DNA of 61,522 bases, counting the filler, from Choristocarpus tenellus KU-1152 (taxonomy: Eukaryota > Protista > Phaeophyceae): the NCBI GenBank assembly GCA_964200185.2. It is 14 parts of 14 records of this genome, joined end to end, with 100 filler letters (N's around TTAATTAATTAA, not from the genome) between each part and the next. Parts side by side here need not be neighbours in the genome. Positions count along the whole stretch, not along the records: positions 9,813 to 14,089 come from CAXNAD020015329.1; positions 14,190 to 18,156 come from CAXNAD020016877.1; positions 18,257 to 24,505 come from CAXNAD020008574.1; positions 24,606 to 30,720 come from CAXNAD020008901.1; 10 more parts are not named here. One strand, 5' to 3'. Of this stretch, positions 13,742-26,445 are shown one piece after another. Position numbers and translations under genes: made by a program. Positions within the stretch are counted from its first letter, which is position 1. Each line of letters starts with the position of its first letter. The notes beneath the pieces are model-generated. The model did no database searches, was not told the DNA's origin, and saw only the letters and a list, made by a program, of their open reading frames with translations.

Positions 13742-14089
13742 CTCCCTTTGTCTCATAAGTCTGTTAAGTTGTAGCTCTTCGGGATGACCTGCGATTACAA
13801 AACGGGCCTTTGGGTTGGATTCCTCGGAATATTTTACATTCAAAAACTATGTCTTTCCTTTATTCGACATCATCAACCCACCAATCCAGGGCCACTGCGA
13901 AGGCCGCTTGGTCTACTTCAACTGATCTAGCCAACCCGCCCTCCCGCTGCCTTTTTTTGGTCCCGGTGTGCTCTACCTCGAAATCGTCCCCCCCCAGTGC
14001 CCTTAACACCTGATTGTACCTCTTCAACAGACTCTGCCACACCCTCTCGAGCATGTCTGTGTCATATGCATGGAACATGCTTGAAAACC
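13742..14089 (-). mobile_element. Mariner-type DNA transposon 3' end (transposase C-terminus plus TIR)
   Basis: ORF 14078-13860 (LERVWQSLLKRYNQVLRALGGDDFEVEHTG). Terminus TA|CTCCCT at 13740-13747. Homologous to 35900-36282. Confidence 0.75.
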
Positions 14090-14221
14090 NNNNNNNNNNN
14101 NNNNNNNNNNNNNNNNNNNNNNNNNNNNNNNNNTTAATTAATTAANNNNNNNNNNNNNNNNNNNNNNNNNNNNNNNNNNNNNNNNNNNNGAAAGAGATAA
14201 AAAGAGTTGGGACAGTGTAAT

Positions 14222-14225
14222 GGGG

Positions 14226-14256
<31 letters not shown>

Positions 14257-14408
14257 CGGGCTACACCAGGGTGTCCATTCGAGTCCTGACCAGAAGAAGT
14301 GAAGTTACATTGTCTATCCAACGCATGTAACCAAATCACCCAAAAATTGTGACATGGAAAAATGGGCCCCAAATGGACATCCGTCACCCCCCCAAGATAC
14401 TTTGAGCT
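14222..14408 (-). mobile_element. MITE family B copy
   Basis: G-tract, then gggctacaccagggtgtccatt...ccccaaatggac...caagatactttgagct. Confidence 0.85.
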
Positions 14409-14412
14409 AGGG

Positions 14413-14498
14413 TATGCTATGTATATATGCTATGTATATATGCTATGTATGCTATATATGCTATATATGCTATATATGCTATATATGCTATATATGCT
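14413..14498. repeat. Microsatellite (TATGCTATA)n-like
   Basis: Visible 9-13 bp tatgcta(tg)tata iterations. Confidence 0.85.
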
Positions 14499-15195
14499 GT
14501 GAGTTATATCTCTCATTCGCTTTCCCAAGGAATAGAAACTATTTAAGAACGTCTTTGCATCCACATTACAGATCAAGAGAAAACAATATACATCCAAATA
14601 AAATGTTCATACATGTTTACAGCATTTAACAATTAGTTCATGTTTACAACACTTGTTTGTTTTTCTCAATTTGCCTATTAAAAAAAAAAGCAAGGAAAGG
14701 CGTCTCTGCAAAATAATCAGTGAAGTCAACTGGAAAATTAAACTTTAAAAAAATGACCATAAGCAAACTGCCTCTCCACCATATAGAGTATATCAAAGGA
14801 ATGGTGAGGAAATTTCATCAACAGAAAATAGACTTGCTACATTCATTGGATCAACCTATTCCAGTAGGGTTATTTTCATACTGTGTACACAAAATACCAT
14901 ATTCTACAGAGCATGAAAATAAGCACTAAAGCAGATTTAAGACATCTTCGCCTTCCTCACATGAGCATTCTTTTGAATTTGATTTCTATAACAAGATTAA
15001 CTCCTCCCCTCTCCCCTCCTCTTAAGCCTCCACTACTTAACATAACATTTACCACACCTTTTGTACACCCTTGAAAATATCAAAATAACCCTGACCCTGA
15101 ACCAAACAATATTGAAAGAGGAAGTGAAAAAAGACAAACTGGAAGAGATCCAGTTAGAGATACTTTCATGCAATGAACCATCTATTTCTACAGAC

Positions 15196-17412
15196 CTCCT
15201 TGTTAGTGACATTAGCTGCAGCCAGGTCGGAGTCTGCTCCCTTCTCAGCAGCAATGAGGTGGTCACAGTGGATAGTTGTGGGGACTGCAGTCTTGGGCAG
15301 GCCAGAGGAGATGAACTGGAGCACAGCCATTTGTGCGGTGGCATCCTGAAGAGACGGCACAACAATAATAGTGTCAGAAAAACAGAGAAACTAAAATAAT
15401 TAAAACGCAAGAAAGTTGATCCTAAGAGTAACTTTATTTTGTCAAATTTTAGTTTAAAAAAAATCAAGGTTTTTGTTTTTTGTGTTTGGAAAAAAAATTG
15501 TTAAAAAAGAATTACATAGATGACAGTATGTAGGTTGGTCTATGGCAACAAGAAATCGCCATGGCACATTGCCTATCCCAAAATTGTCAAGTTATCACAG
15601 TTGTGATTTAGCTCTTGAGTTATTATATTATCCTACTTTTGATAGGTCTACAGCTATAGGTATACAATACTAACTAGATGCACTAAATATGATTACTACC
15701 TAAAACACATTCTAACTAATAGATAACTATGATAATATTTTTTTAAGTCTTTGATGGCTTAAAATGGGTGGATTCCTCCTGAACTACAATATTATTGTTA
15801 CTAGTAAAACTTACATGTCTTCCTATTTTCTCCAATAGGCCAGTACTAAAGGACCAAGCCTCTGCTCTATCTCCCTCTCCCTTTTCTTCATGTGCCTCTA
15901 TAACCATTGCCTTATATTCTACTTTTCACACAAACCAGATATTAAAAAAACACATTAGATTTGCTTATTGGGGGTGAACATAGATAATACATTAATGAAC
16001 ATACCCCTGTACCTCACCTGCATTGCAACGCGATCAGGTCGAAGCTTTAGATATGTCTCCCCACGGACTGGGACAGTGGCAGAGTCATCAAAGTGACCAT
16101 AAATAATTTTTTCAGAGAGTGTCAAAGGCCGACCCAGAGTGTTGCGGGCAGCGTGAATATTTTTGTCCATCCTGGAGGAGGGGGTGAGAGACAGGTATAG
16201 TGAGCTGATTGTTTTAGTTAGTATCGATTATCCTACTTTTGTCTCTGCCAACGGCAATCAGAATCTCTTTTACTTTGGTCATGTACTACCCTTTCAGTCC
16301 TTCTTACTGATCAACAGATTTCGTACATCTGCCTGATACCTTTCTTGCCTGTATCAACATCACACATACAACAGCACGTAACACATCACGCACTTTGCTC
16401 CTTTCATCCATTGCTGTGGAGAGACCAAAAATTGTGTTCAAAAAAAAAGAACATGGTATTTATTGGTTGCCACAGCATATCTGGACGCAGTTTGCTTAGA
16501 CAAGTGGAAAATGGGTGCGGACGTGAAATATTTCACAGCGCATGTAGATCGGAGCTCCCACATTGCTTATGCTGAATGAATAGAGGAGAGAAAAACTTTC
16601 ATTGTTGGCATTTATTTTTAAGAGAAAGGGGGACAGAGAAAAAGAAAAAGGAGTCACAAGTCGGTCATCACAAAGACATAGCAGACATACCTCGCATAAG
16701 CGTCGTCAATTGTGGGGCTCCCAGCAGGATCTAGTACGCTCAGCGGTGTACCAGACATACTCCGTACAACAACATGGTTGGCAGACTTTCGTGAAAAAGT
16801 TGGAGGTATTGGGGTTGGGTAGGGGTACAAGTCAAAATTCAAGTTGCGACTAAAAAAATTGGGTCGCTGACGTTCACATTGCCGGTATATGTTCCAGACG
16901 AGTGTTTTGTGTGTTTGTAGTTGTTGCAGCATGCATAATGACAGTTTTTATCATTTATGTGAGTGCAATCATGGACAGACCATGACCTGCACGGTATTGC
17001 ATATGCCATACCTTGTCGATGGGCACAACTTACTCTAACCACAAGACTAGAAGAAATATGTTATTGCTCAGCACTATGGGTGGTACTGGGGATACCATAT
17101 ACCCCACCTATGAAGAGATCAGGCGCAGTAAATTATACGCTCAGATCATGTGGTCGAAAATCGTACAGATGCCAGATAGTTGCGTGGCTTAACTACACCT
17201 ACCAATCACCGAACGGATTGTACTGGACTTGCTCAATCCGGATATTATGCATTGTCAAAGACATATTGAATGGGAAGACAAAGGGGAGGAATTTAGATGT
17301 GGGATAGCACCCCTTGATCCACGGAAATGCAGTTCAACGTGTGGAAGCAAAAACTCACCAGAGCCCGTAGAGGACGAGCAACCCTTGCCGAAACTAGCCT
17401 TCGTGATAGCAT
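15196..17412 (-). CDS. ACO2: Mitochondrial aconitate hydratase, first four exons
   Basis: Exons 17412-17359 ([18 protein letters not shown], transit peptide), 16785-16691, 16171-16018 ([29 protein letters not shown]) and 15345-15196 ([31 protein letters not shown]). Phases are consistent and these are hallmark aconitase motifs. Confidence 0.95.
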
Positions 17413-19447
17413 GGTTATTATGAGGAGAGTGGTTATCTACCTCAGAACCCCGTGGGAGAGCAAGAGAGAGAGAGAGGGATTTCTAAATGAGGACCAAGGG
17501 GAATGCCTCCGTAGTGTTTTGGGGTTATCAGGAAGAGGAGTTGGTTTGTACTTTCAGTTAATTGGTTATGGTGGGGAGTTGCTGGTTGTTGCTTGGTGCA
17601 ATAATATATTGAATAGGTTCTTGCCGTTTTAATGACTCTCCATTAGTTCACTTTCAATCTGTCCGAATTTGCTTCAATTTCCTTGACAAAAATATGACGT
17701 CATTACCAAGTCATTTCATCGTATATCCTTTCTATATCAATAAAATCAACAACAAGCTTCAAATGTTGAACAAATGACAAACGAAGAAAATATTTCATAT
17801 TATATCAGTTTTGATTTCTACGTCAACAACTATTGGTAGGTATTAAGTCTCAATGATTCCATCTTTACCACTTGATGTTGTGAATTATACTTTATTATCC
17901 GCTCAAACATGTGTTAGGTGAAAAACTAATGAAAACTATTGACATCGTTGAAAATCCCTTCAGAAAGTAACATTTATCACAAAAGTGAAAAATGTTAATC
18001 CATTTCCTATTCTGTTTTGCTCACGAATTCTGGATTATTTTTATTTTTATTCTATGTTTGCATTCCTCCCTATTCCCTTTTCTCCTCACTTTGCTTTGCT
18101 CACGAATTCTGGATTATTATTATTATTTGCACATTCCTATTTTCTTATTCCTCTATNNNNNNNNNNNNNNNNNNNNNNNNNNNNNNNNNNNNNNNNNNNN
18201 TTAATTAATTAANNNNNNNNNNNNNNNNNNNNNNNNNNNNNNNNNNNNNNNNNNNNATCTAAGGCGTGAACGAGTCGTTTCAAGTTACTGTTCCAATTCC
18301 AATTCCGTGCCCCTCCCCCCCTCCCCCCCTCCCACCTGACATCTAGCTTGTATCTCTGACTTCTGTCCCGACTGCTGCTCCCGGTGTGCATCATCCCCGA
18401 CCCTAACCCTGATTTTAAGGTTGTGCACAAGGAAGGAGATTTTACTCAAAGCACAACAGACATTGATAACTCTCAGATTTTCCACTGTTGTGTGCATGGT
18501 TCTTCTAGTCCTTGCGTTGAAGCCTTGAGATGAACCGTGACATTGCTCAATGGCCAATCAGGCACATTTCTGTGCTCAAAATAGAAATGTTGCTATATCG
18601 ACATACTGGTCTTGCGAAAGACTTTCATTCCTTTGAAACTCTGCCTTACCATGAGTGTGTCCTCGAATCCTGTATGCCCCCTTACTGCCTGGGAGACAAT
18701 ACCACACCTCCCTTCTTTTTTTCTATTTTTTCTTCTTTGCAGCAGCAATCCTGCACTGTTTGAGCAATCAGGCAATCTATCATGAGTGCTCAATTTCAAA
18801 TCCTTTTTACAAAGAGAAAGAGAGCACTTGCCAACCTGAACCACTTTTTCAGGAGTGACTTGTTGAAAATGATTTAGACGGAAGAATTCACACCAAACAG
18901 TTAAATTCATGAGTTGAATTTGGCATGAATACCTTCACATTATGTCAAAAATTGGTCATTGGATGGCATTGCATCACACCACAGACACTTGCTCAGGTGT
19001 GGAACACAGCATTATATGCAATCTCCCTTCATTTGTATGTATTTTAGATAATACCCTCAACTTTTCTTGCCTGCCGATTCTTTTCTAACATCACATGCCG
19101 CCCAGTGACTTGAGATTCTTCTCATGCTGGCCAGATTGCGAAAAAGGAGAGCCCTGTGAATAAGATATACCTTGTTCATTAATCTTTTAGACTTTCAAAG
19201 GTAACCTCATCTTCCTGTTGACCTTTGCGTACCCCAATTTTTCATTTTGACAATGGGGTACAATCAACCGACCAATCCACCACTTGTTGAATGCTGCGTG
19301 TCTCAAAGGATCCCGCACTATCCAAGATTAAAATATATTGCTCTATCCCCAGCTGCTTCAACACCCTCTCACTATCTTGTGTGAAGAGCACTCGCAATAA
19401 CATGCTTCATGCCCTGGTCTTTGCTGTGTTTTCCCTTGACGTGTCAG

Positions 19448-22182
19448 TACTGTGATGATTGTGTTTATCTGGCCAAGACTCTCAAGGCAAGACCAGAAGA
19501 TGACCCGGTTGTCACTGTCGCTCCAAGTGGGGACCGTTTTATTTTTTCAGGCATGTCGTTGAGTTTATTTGCTTAGTACATAGGTTATACACTACTTAGT
19601 ACATAGGTTGTACACTACTTAGTACATAGGTTGTACACTACTTAGTACATAGGTTGTACACTACTTAGTACATAGGTTGTATACTACTTAGTACATAGGT
19701 TGTATACTACTTAGTACATAGGTTGTATACTACTTAGTACATAGGTTGTATACTACTTAGTACATAGGTTGTACACTACTTAGTACATAGGTTGTATACT
19801 ACTTAGTACATAAGTTGTACACTACTTAGTGCATAGGTTGTATACTACGCAGTAGATAGACCTTAGAGGAACTGGTGGTAACAAACGACGTGAAGACTTA
19901 GCTTGTACATTCTCGCCCAAAGAGGTTGTAGTAAAGATTTAATTTTTTTTGGTGGGGCGGGTGAACTTACAGCCAATTGGGCGTGCAACCTGAGACTGGG
20001 ATTTGGGTCGCAGCATGTCGGCATTTTTTTTCTTTCTTGTTTTCTGGTTGTTAAACTGGGGTTAACGTACACTCTGTGGCTCATTGTATTTATTCATCCT
20101 AGAGCGTTTTTGGTGTTGTGCGAAAAGGACTACAACAATTTCGGGGCAACTCTTTGAGGACTTGTGGTAGTGGTGCATTGTGACGAGCAATGAGTCTTGT
20201 TCTGGAATAATGTTTTTGTGGTATTCCCAATCAAGAATCAAGATCAAATTTCTCGAAATGTTGTTGACTGAAACTTTTAGTACTATTTGTCATGCATACC
20301 TTATTACAAGTCTGTCAGGAAGCAGGGATTGGGTGATGGACAGGGGATGTGTGCCAATTCCTTGCCTGTGTCTCTTACATAGCTCTTCAATTTATTTCTT
20401 TGACTAGGTATTTTAGTATATATGCCCATGGTAGACACATTAACTCTCCATCCTGTGCTCTCATTCACTTTTCCATTTACGTCTTTTCTCCTTGTTGTAG
20501 TGGAAACAAATGGATCTTTGACAGCAGAAGAAGTGGTCGTTACAGCCCTCAAGGTGAGCAATACTGTTAGTTCTTCTGCTATGAAGTGTATTGCGTGTAT
20601 GTCAAACATAGAGTTGTGAACTATCAGGGGCGCAGATTATGCAATATTGGACACCAAGGCTTGGTCATTCCTCGAAATGTTCAGAAGATTATACAGTGAG
20701 CTGTCTCGGCATCATTGACCTCAATATCTTTGTACAGTACACAATGATAATGGTAGGAATACTGTTGAGGGTGGAATTCATGGTACAAAATAAATCGTTC
20801 AGATCATCCTAGTTGGATAACCTGGATGTTTTTTGATGAAGTCATTAGGATGTGTTCACAATGCAACCTCCTTGATTCCGTTGATCTTGGCATTTTGTCA
20901 GCTTTGAACCTGTACATGCACAGAGTAGTTTGTAAGTGTTTGAGGAAAGGAGTCAAGATGTTTTTGTAAGATTAAGGTGGTAGAGGAGGTTATAGAGAAA
21001 ATTAATTCAATTTTCTTGGTGTGACATGCAAGCTGTTCTCTTGGTGAAAATGCTTCTTGTTTTATCATGGTTCCCTGCCGCTCAGCCATTGGGTGACTCT
21101 AGAGACTAGCTATTTGTGATTGAGATCTTCAAATCTAGAGGTCTTGCACCATGGGAGTCACTCTACCCTCATGAACTTGTGATGCTTTTTGGGTATTTTC
21201 TTTTCCCTGGAACTGACCAAAGTATCTCCATAGAAAATTGTTTTATCTGCTACGACAAAAGCATTTGTACCTTGTGAAGAATCCCATCTTGCTTTCGTTA
21301 TGCGGTGGTATGTCAAAGTCATACCTTGTGTTGAGTTGTGTATGGCGTATAGGCTCAAAGTATCTGGAGGGGGTAGCGGCAGCTGTCCATTTGGGACCAA
21401 TTTTTTTTATGTCGCGATTTTTGGATGATTTGGTTCCATATGTTAAATGGATGATGAAAGTACACTTTTCCTGGTTTTGGTCCAAATGGACACCATGGTG
21501 TAGACCCCCCCGCCCCGCCCCGCCCCCCAGATACTTTGGGTCTATATGATGTGCTTGCCATCACTGTTGCAATCTGATGTTTCTATCGGTAATGTGTGGG
21601 TGCTTGTGTTCAGATGGTGAATTGTAGTAACAACACCCAGAAGATCCCTGTCGTGGAAAATATTACAATTGACATACTTACTGTTCTGCAGCACAGAAAG
21701 AAAGGATCATCGAATGTGAACTTGAAGATGCTGCAGTTGTACATCCCATTGGCAAGACGGGAGTGGGAATCCGTAAGGACAGTGGGGGGGTTACATGTCC
21801 TTGGATTTTTTCCGAGAGGTTTCTTTATCAAGATTGGTACAGGCATGCAGTCCAATACTGAACAAGCAAAACATACTTTCACTTACTTATGCAGGGTATT
21901 TTTTTGCATGACCTGATCCTCATGAAGCCTGTAACATGAGCTTGACAGAGGAAATGAGTACCAGGCATTTCCCATGATTGTAGCACGAAGTGTCACTCCC
22001 CTAACCCCTCACTGTCCTCGCTGACCTTTCGTGCTATGACTGACCCTCTAAGTATGCTTTGGTCCTCTGTGCCCTCCAATTGCCTCCAAACACCCAAGGT
22101 GGTCTCGGACAAGCTCTTACATCTCAGGAATGACCTGATGCTCATGGGAGACGCCAACCCATGGAATCAGGGGGGTGACTAG
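19448..22182 (+). CDS. RPB3: RNA polymerase II subunit RPB3 (alpha-like), last three exons
   Basis: Exons 19448-19550 (YCDDCVYLAKTLKARPEDDPVVTVAPSGDRFIFS, GC donor), 20501-20553 (VETNGSLTAEEVVVTALK) and 22099-22182 (VVSDKLLHLRND...stop). FIFSVETNGSL..EEVV..AL is the RPB3/RPAC40 C-terminal motif. Confidence 0.8.
19572..19847. repeat. 23-bp tandem repeat, ~12 copies, in RPB3 intron
   Basis: Unit cttagtacataggttgta(c/t)acta, nearly identical copies. Confidence 0.95.
21352..21542 (+). mobile_element. MITE family B, complete, TSD TATA (RPB3 intron)
   Basis: tata|ggctcaaagtatctgg...ccagatactttgggtc|tata, with subterminal gtccatttgg / ccaaatggac. Confidence 0.93.
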
Positions 22183-24739
22183 TATAGGTTCTGCTTTGTA
22201 GGTTTGGACCATGTAAATGGTGTGATGAGTTGTTTGTTTTATTCTGGAGTTGTGACCCTGCTTAGAAGGAAAGGCTAATCCTTCAACAGTCTGCCCATGG
22301 CTAATGCTTGTTTGTCTTTGTTATGCTCCTCCAGTGGCAAGTTGGTTTAATTTGATGTGCTTGCAAGTGTGAAGAGAATATAGCATAATATGAAAAGGCA
22401 AAAAGTCATCGCCATTTTACTATCAAGCAGCAGGCAGGCCTTGCTGGTAGTATGCCCTCAACTGTACCCGATATAGTTGGGCACATATAGAGACGTATTG
22501 AGAGTTTGCTGCCGATCTTTCCTTGGCTGTTAACCCCAGTAATGGTGATAGCCCCTTGAATACACATGAAACTTCCTTGGCTGAGTGCCCTGAGATATGG
22601 ACCTTTGACAGGTAAAGGTTGATGTGACAAGAAGCCATACTGCATGCGATGTATCCCCCCCTTCCTACCTGCCATATACTTAACGGTAACGAAAGATGTT
22701 AGTGTAACATCCGGTTTACTTTCTTCGTGGTGACACCCTATGACATCAGACTGTGGTTGGGAGGGCATGGAGCAGTGGATCCACAACGTATTTGCCTGGA
22801 TTATGCCTGGGTTGCTATCTTCTGCCCTGGCAATGGCAATGCCTCATACCACATAAGTGTAGACAGGAATTAGTATTTTGATATACTGCTGTAGCTGCCC
22901 TGGTTGAGGTTCTTTCAGTATGTTGGAGCGGATCATTAAAATGTCCAAACAAGGCAATCAAATGTGAATGAACATGCATACATACATGAATACAAACCCT
23001 AAAATATCGAAATCAGATTAGAATTATTTTTACAAGCTCTGGGAAAGCTGTGACTGACAAGACAACACATGAACTGATTATTGTGTTATTGTTTTATGGT
23101 CATGGACTAGATAGCAAGGAGAAACATTCGCTCAATGAGCCATCCTATCTTAGAGGGGGGTCTGTCGAGGCCCCTTCTGAGCATCTTTTGGGCTTTTTCA
23201 ACCTTCTTCCTGACAGCCCATTTCCATGCCTGAAATGCAGCCAAACCCACCTTGTTGTTTGACCGAAAAAGAGAAGACATAATTCGTCTATGTGAGCGCG
23301 AAATCGCTTTTAAGAGTACTAGAAGCACGTGTATGCACAGAGAGGCAGTCACGGGGGCTCAAATACTCAACAATATTCCCTTCTAGAATAGGATGGCCCT
23401 GTTGTAGTATTGAAACATGAGATTGCTTTGAGTGAGGCCTAGTCACTTATGAGGGGTTCTCAATAAGCTCGATTTCGAGTTGAGCAAGATATTTCTTACT
23501 CCATATTCATACATGTTTTGGAGTGCTTACTTGGAGTTAGTTGCCAGGGTCTTTGTTGTGTGCGAATGTTGTTGACATCTAGGAAAAGGTAATTGAATGC
23601 TGCCTGCTTGCAACTCTATTCCCCTGCAGGTTTCTTAACTTCATTATGGCAAAGGTCGTCAGCACCACGTATTGCTCTCTTGGTATCATTCCCGACTGTC
23701 TTACTTTAATCCACTATGAACACTCTCTGCACACACTGAAGCGTATGGGCGCCAAGGACAAATGAAAGGCAGTGGGGTTCCAGATACAACCAAGAGGAGA
23801 TACTCCACTCAATGCTCACACATTTATACCTCTGTTCAACCTTTTCGCTGTCATGGCTCTACACCACCCCAAATAAATGATGGCACAACAGGGAGGGCTC
23901 TCCCATCTTCACATTGTAGTCACTTCTTTATTGTCTTTGAACGCGTACATAGCTCCGTGCTATGCTTGTACAGTGATGAGCAAAGGCTGCCACGGTGCTC
24001 CAGGAGCACCAGAAAAGGTGGAAGGGGGGAGCCTGGGTAGCAGGGGCGAGGGGATATGTACCAAGGGCACGGGGTTGTGCCAGGAAGATGTTGTACCAAC
24101 GTGATAATGTTTGTGCAAGTAGACAACTTGATGTGCCTGTCTGTAGAGAAAACGTATTGCAAAAGGTGAGTATCTAAACTTACGTACTTACGTAATGGTC
24201 GGGTCTGTAAATAACTTGACCGTGGAAAGTGACGCTACTATAATGATTCATGCATATCAAACATTATTTTCGTACAATGAACAGCAGATCATGATAATGA
24301 CGGATGGATCATTTCATGGAGGATGGGTTTGACCGAAATTGTGCGCGGAAAGTGCCCATATGTTTTTTCTTGTAAATGTCATAAACCTTTTTTAGGGCCC
24401 CTTTTTGAATGGGAATCCATGCCGAAGGTGGTAGTAGGACATATTTAATTGATGATAAATACAGTACCTACCCCGATTTTGTGCCAAATCTGAAAATATT
24501 AAATTNNNNNNNNNNNNNNNNNNNNNNNNNNNNNNNNNNNNNNNNNNNNTTAATTAATTAANNNNNNNNNNNNNNNNNNNNNNNNNNNNNNNNNNNNNNN
24601 NNNNNGACTGAAGAGACTCTGAGGTAGAAGGTACATACAGTATTCTCTTTCCTTATGGGAAGGCGGGAGATGCGCATTAACACACAAACCTCTTTAAAAA
24701 AGCGCTCGCAATCGTCTCCATCCTATCTATGAAGCTTAT

Positions 24740-24960
24740 GATTGATTTCCCAGCTCACCACGATTAATTAGTTGATTCCACGATTGATTTCCCAGCTCGC
24801 CACGATTAATTAGTCGATTTCGCGATTGATTTCCCAGCTCACCACAATTAATCAGTCGCTTCGGCGATTGATTTCCCAGCTCACCACGATTAATTAGTCA
24901 ATTCGACGAATGATTTCCCAGGAATGCCACCATTGTTAGTCGATTCAACGATTGATTTCC
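24740..24960. repeat. 42-bp minisatellite, ~5 copies
   Basis: Unit gattgatttcccagctcaccacgattaattagtcgatt(n)4. Confidence 0.9.
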
Positions 24961-25045
24961 TGGTTTTGTACCAAGTGATACAAAATCGTATTTTGTACCA
25001 CATCAATTTTGTTCCGATTTTTTGTGGCATGCCCATGGGTGAACA

Positions 25046-25301
25046 GAGCCAAAGTATCTTAGAAGGTAGAGCCGTGTCCATTTGGGGGCCAAAATCCAAT
25101 GTTGCGATTTGGATGTAATATTGGCTATTGTCTTTGTTAGGAAGTGTCAATATCCTTGTTCCGGATACACCTTTTCGTAACATACACATTTTACGTACTC
25201 CTAAATATTTTAAAGCCGGAAAATGTAAAAAACAACATGGGAATCCAAACCCTAAATGGACAAACAGGGCAAAACTCGTACCCTCTAAGATACTTTCACT
25301 C
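25046..25301 (+). mobile_element. MITE family A, complete, 3-bp TSD ACA
   Basis: aca|gagccaaagtatcttagaaggta...taccctctaagatactttcactc|aca. Confidence 0.92.
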
Positions 25302-25324
25302 ACAAAATCGAGTAACCTACTGTA

Positions 25325-25394
25325 ACCCAAATCGCGACATGAAAAAATTGACCCCAAATGGACAGCCGCCACACCCTCCCAGATACTTTGAGTC
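25325..25394 (-). mobile_element. MITE family B fragment
   Basis: aaatcgcgacatgaaaaaattgaccccaaatggacagccgcc...ccagatactttgagtc, matching 3957-4021. Confidence 0.85.
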
Positions 25395-25466
25395 CGAAGG
25401 CAGAAAAAGGTAAAACAACAAGGAAATATTTTACTTTTGCAATGATACAGGCCACATCATAAGGAG

Positions 25467-25900
25467 GTGCCCTCAACTGCGGAAGCAAAGGAGGCAAAAA
25501 GGGTGGAAAATTTTCTGGACCTGGGAGCAGTGATAGCCGTTGAAACAGTGGCTGTCGGAGTGGTATCCCAGGCTAGTCCTGTCACAACGTGTGACTGGCA
25601 AGAGTGGGTTGGGGACTCTGGGACCACACAGCACATCACTTTGGATACAATGGCTTTCAAGGACTACGAGACTGCAACCCCAGGGACTTCGGAAGAAATC
25701 GCGGATGGATCCAACTTGGATGTCAAGGCATTTGGCAGGCTGGAAATTCTGGTCAATCAGCCCAACGGAATCAAGATTGCGACTCGACAGAAGGTTGCAT
25801 TCTTATCTGACCTGGCCAGAAATCTGCTGTCGGTGAGCTAAGCCTCTAAGACTACCTGTAAGCTAGATTCCTTCTACTCAAACAAGGTTATTAACGTGGG
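25467..25900 (+). pseudogene. Ty1/copia aspartic protease relic
   Basis: EWVGDSGTTQHIT...IADGSNL...LARNLLSV followed by a stop, typical of the copia protease region. Confidence 0.75.
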
Positions 25901-26115
25901 CAGGGATGGTCCTTGCAGTTTCGGTTAGAAGACTGGTTCAGAGCTGTCCACAATGGATGTGGGCTGGCGTGCAGAAAAAGCGTATCTTTGATCACCACCT
26001 CTTCACAGCTGTGTGTAACATCATGGAGTTTGCTTTGCTCACGAATTCTGGAATATTTTTGTTCGATGTTTGCCTTCCGCCCATTCTACTCCCCCCTCAT
26101 TGTAACACCATTTGT

Positions 26116-26445
26116 GATCAACCAATGCGAACCCCATTCGCTGCTGATTTCCAGTCACCACCCCCATCCAATGACCAACCAGTGTAGACCCCCTCCACTG
26201 ATTTCCAGTCACAAGCCACCTCCGATGACCAACCAGAGTGAACCCCTTTCGCCACTGATTTCCAGTCACCGCCTATGTCCTATGACCAACCAGTGCAACC
26301 CTTTCGCTACTGATTTCCAGTCACCAACCCCATCCGATGACCAACCAGTGCGACCACTTCACTGCTGATTTCCAGTCACCAGCCACCTTTGATGACCAAC
26401 CAGAGTCACCCCTTCGTGACTGATTTCCTGTCACCACCACTTTCC
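26116..26445. repeat. Diverged ~55-bp minisatellite, 6 copies
   Basis: Alternating conserved blocks tgaccaaccag and ctgatttccagtcac at ~55-bp period. Confidence 0.88.

Noticed and set aside
17640-17935. Weak inverted match cattagtt..tca / tgaaaaactaatg
   Set aside because: It is too short and AT-rich to distinguish from chance.
24890-25413. Recurring short peptides (QSILEGRA, YPLRYF, KKLTPNGQPP) in many ORFs
   Set aside because: They are incidental translations of MITE TIRs. Frames are not conserved between copies.
26116-26445. Repeat-spacer look suggesting a CRISPR array
   Set aside because: The linkers are short and homologous to each other, the context is eukaryotic, and there are no cas genes. 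It is a minisatellite.
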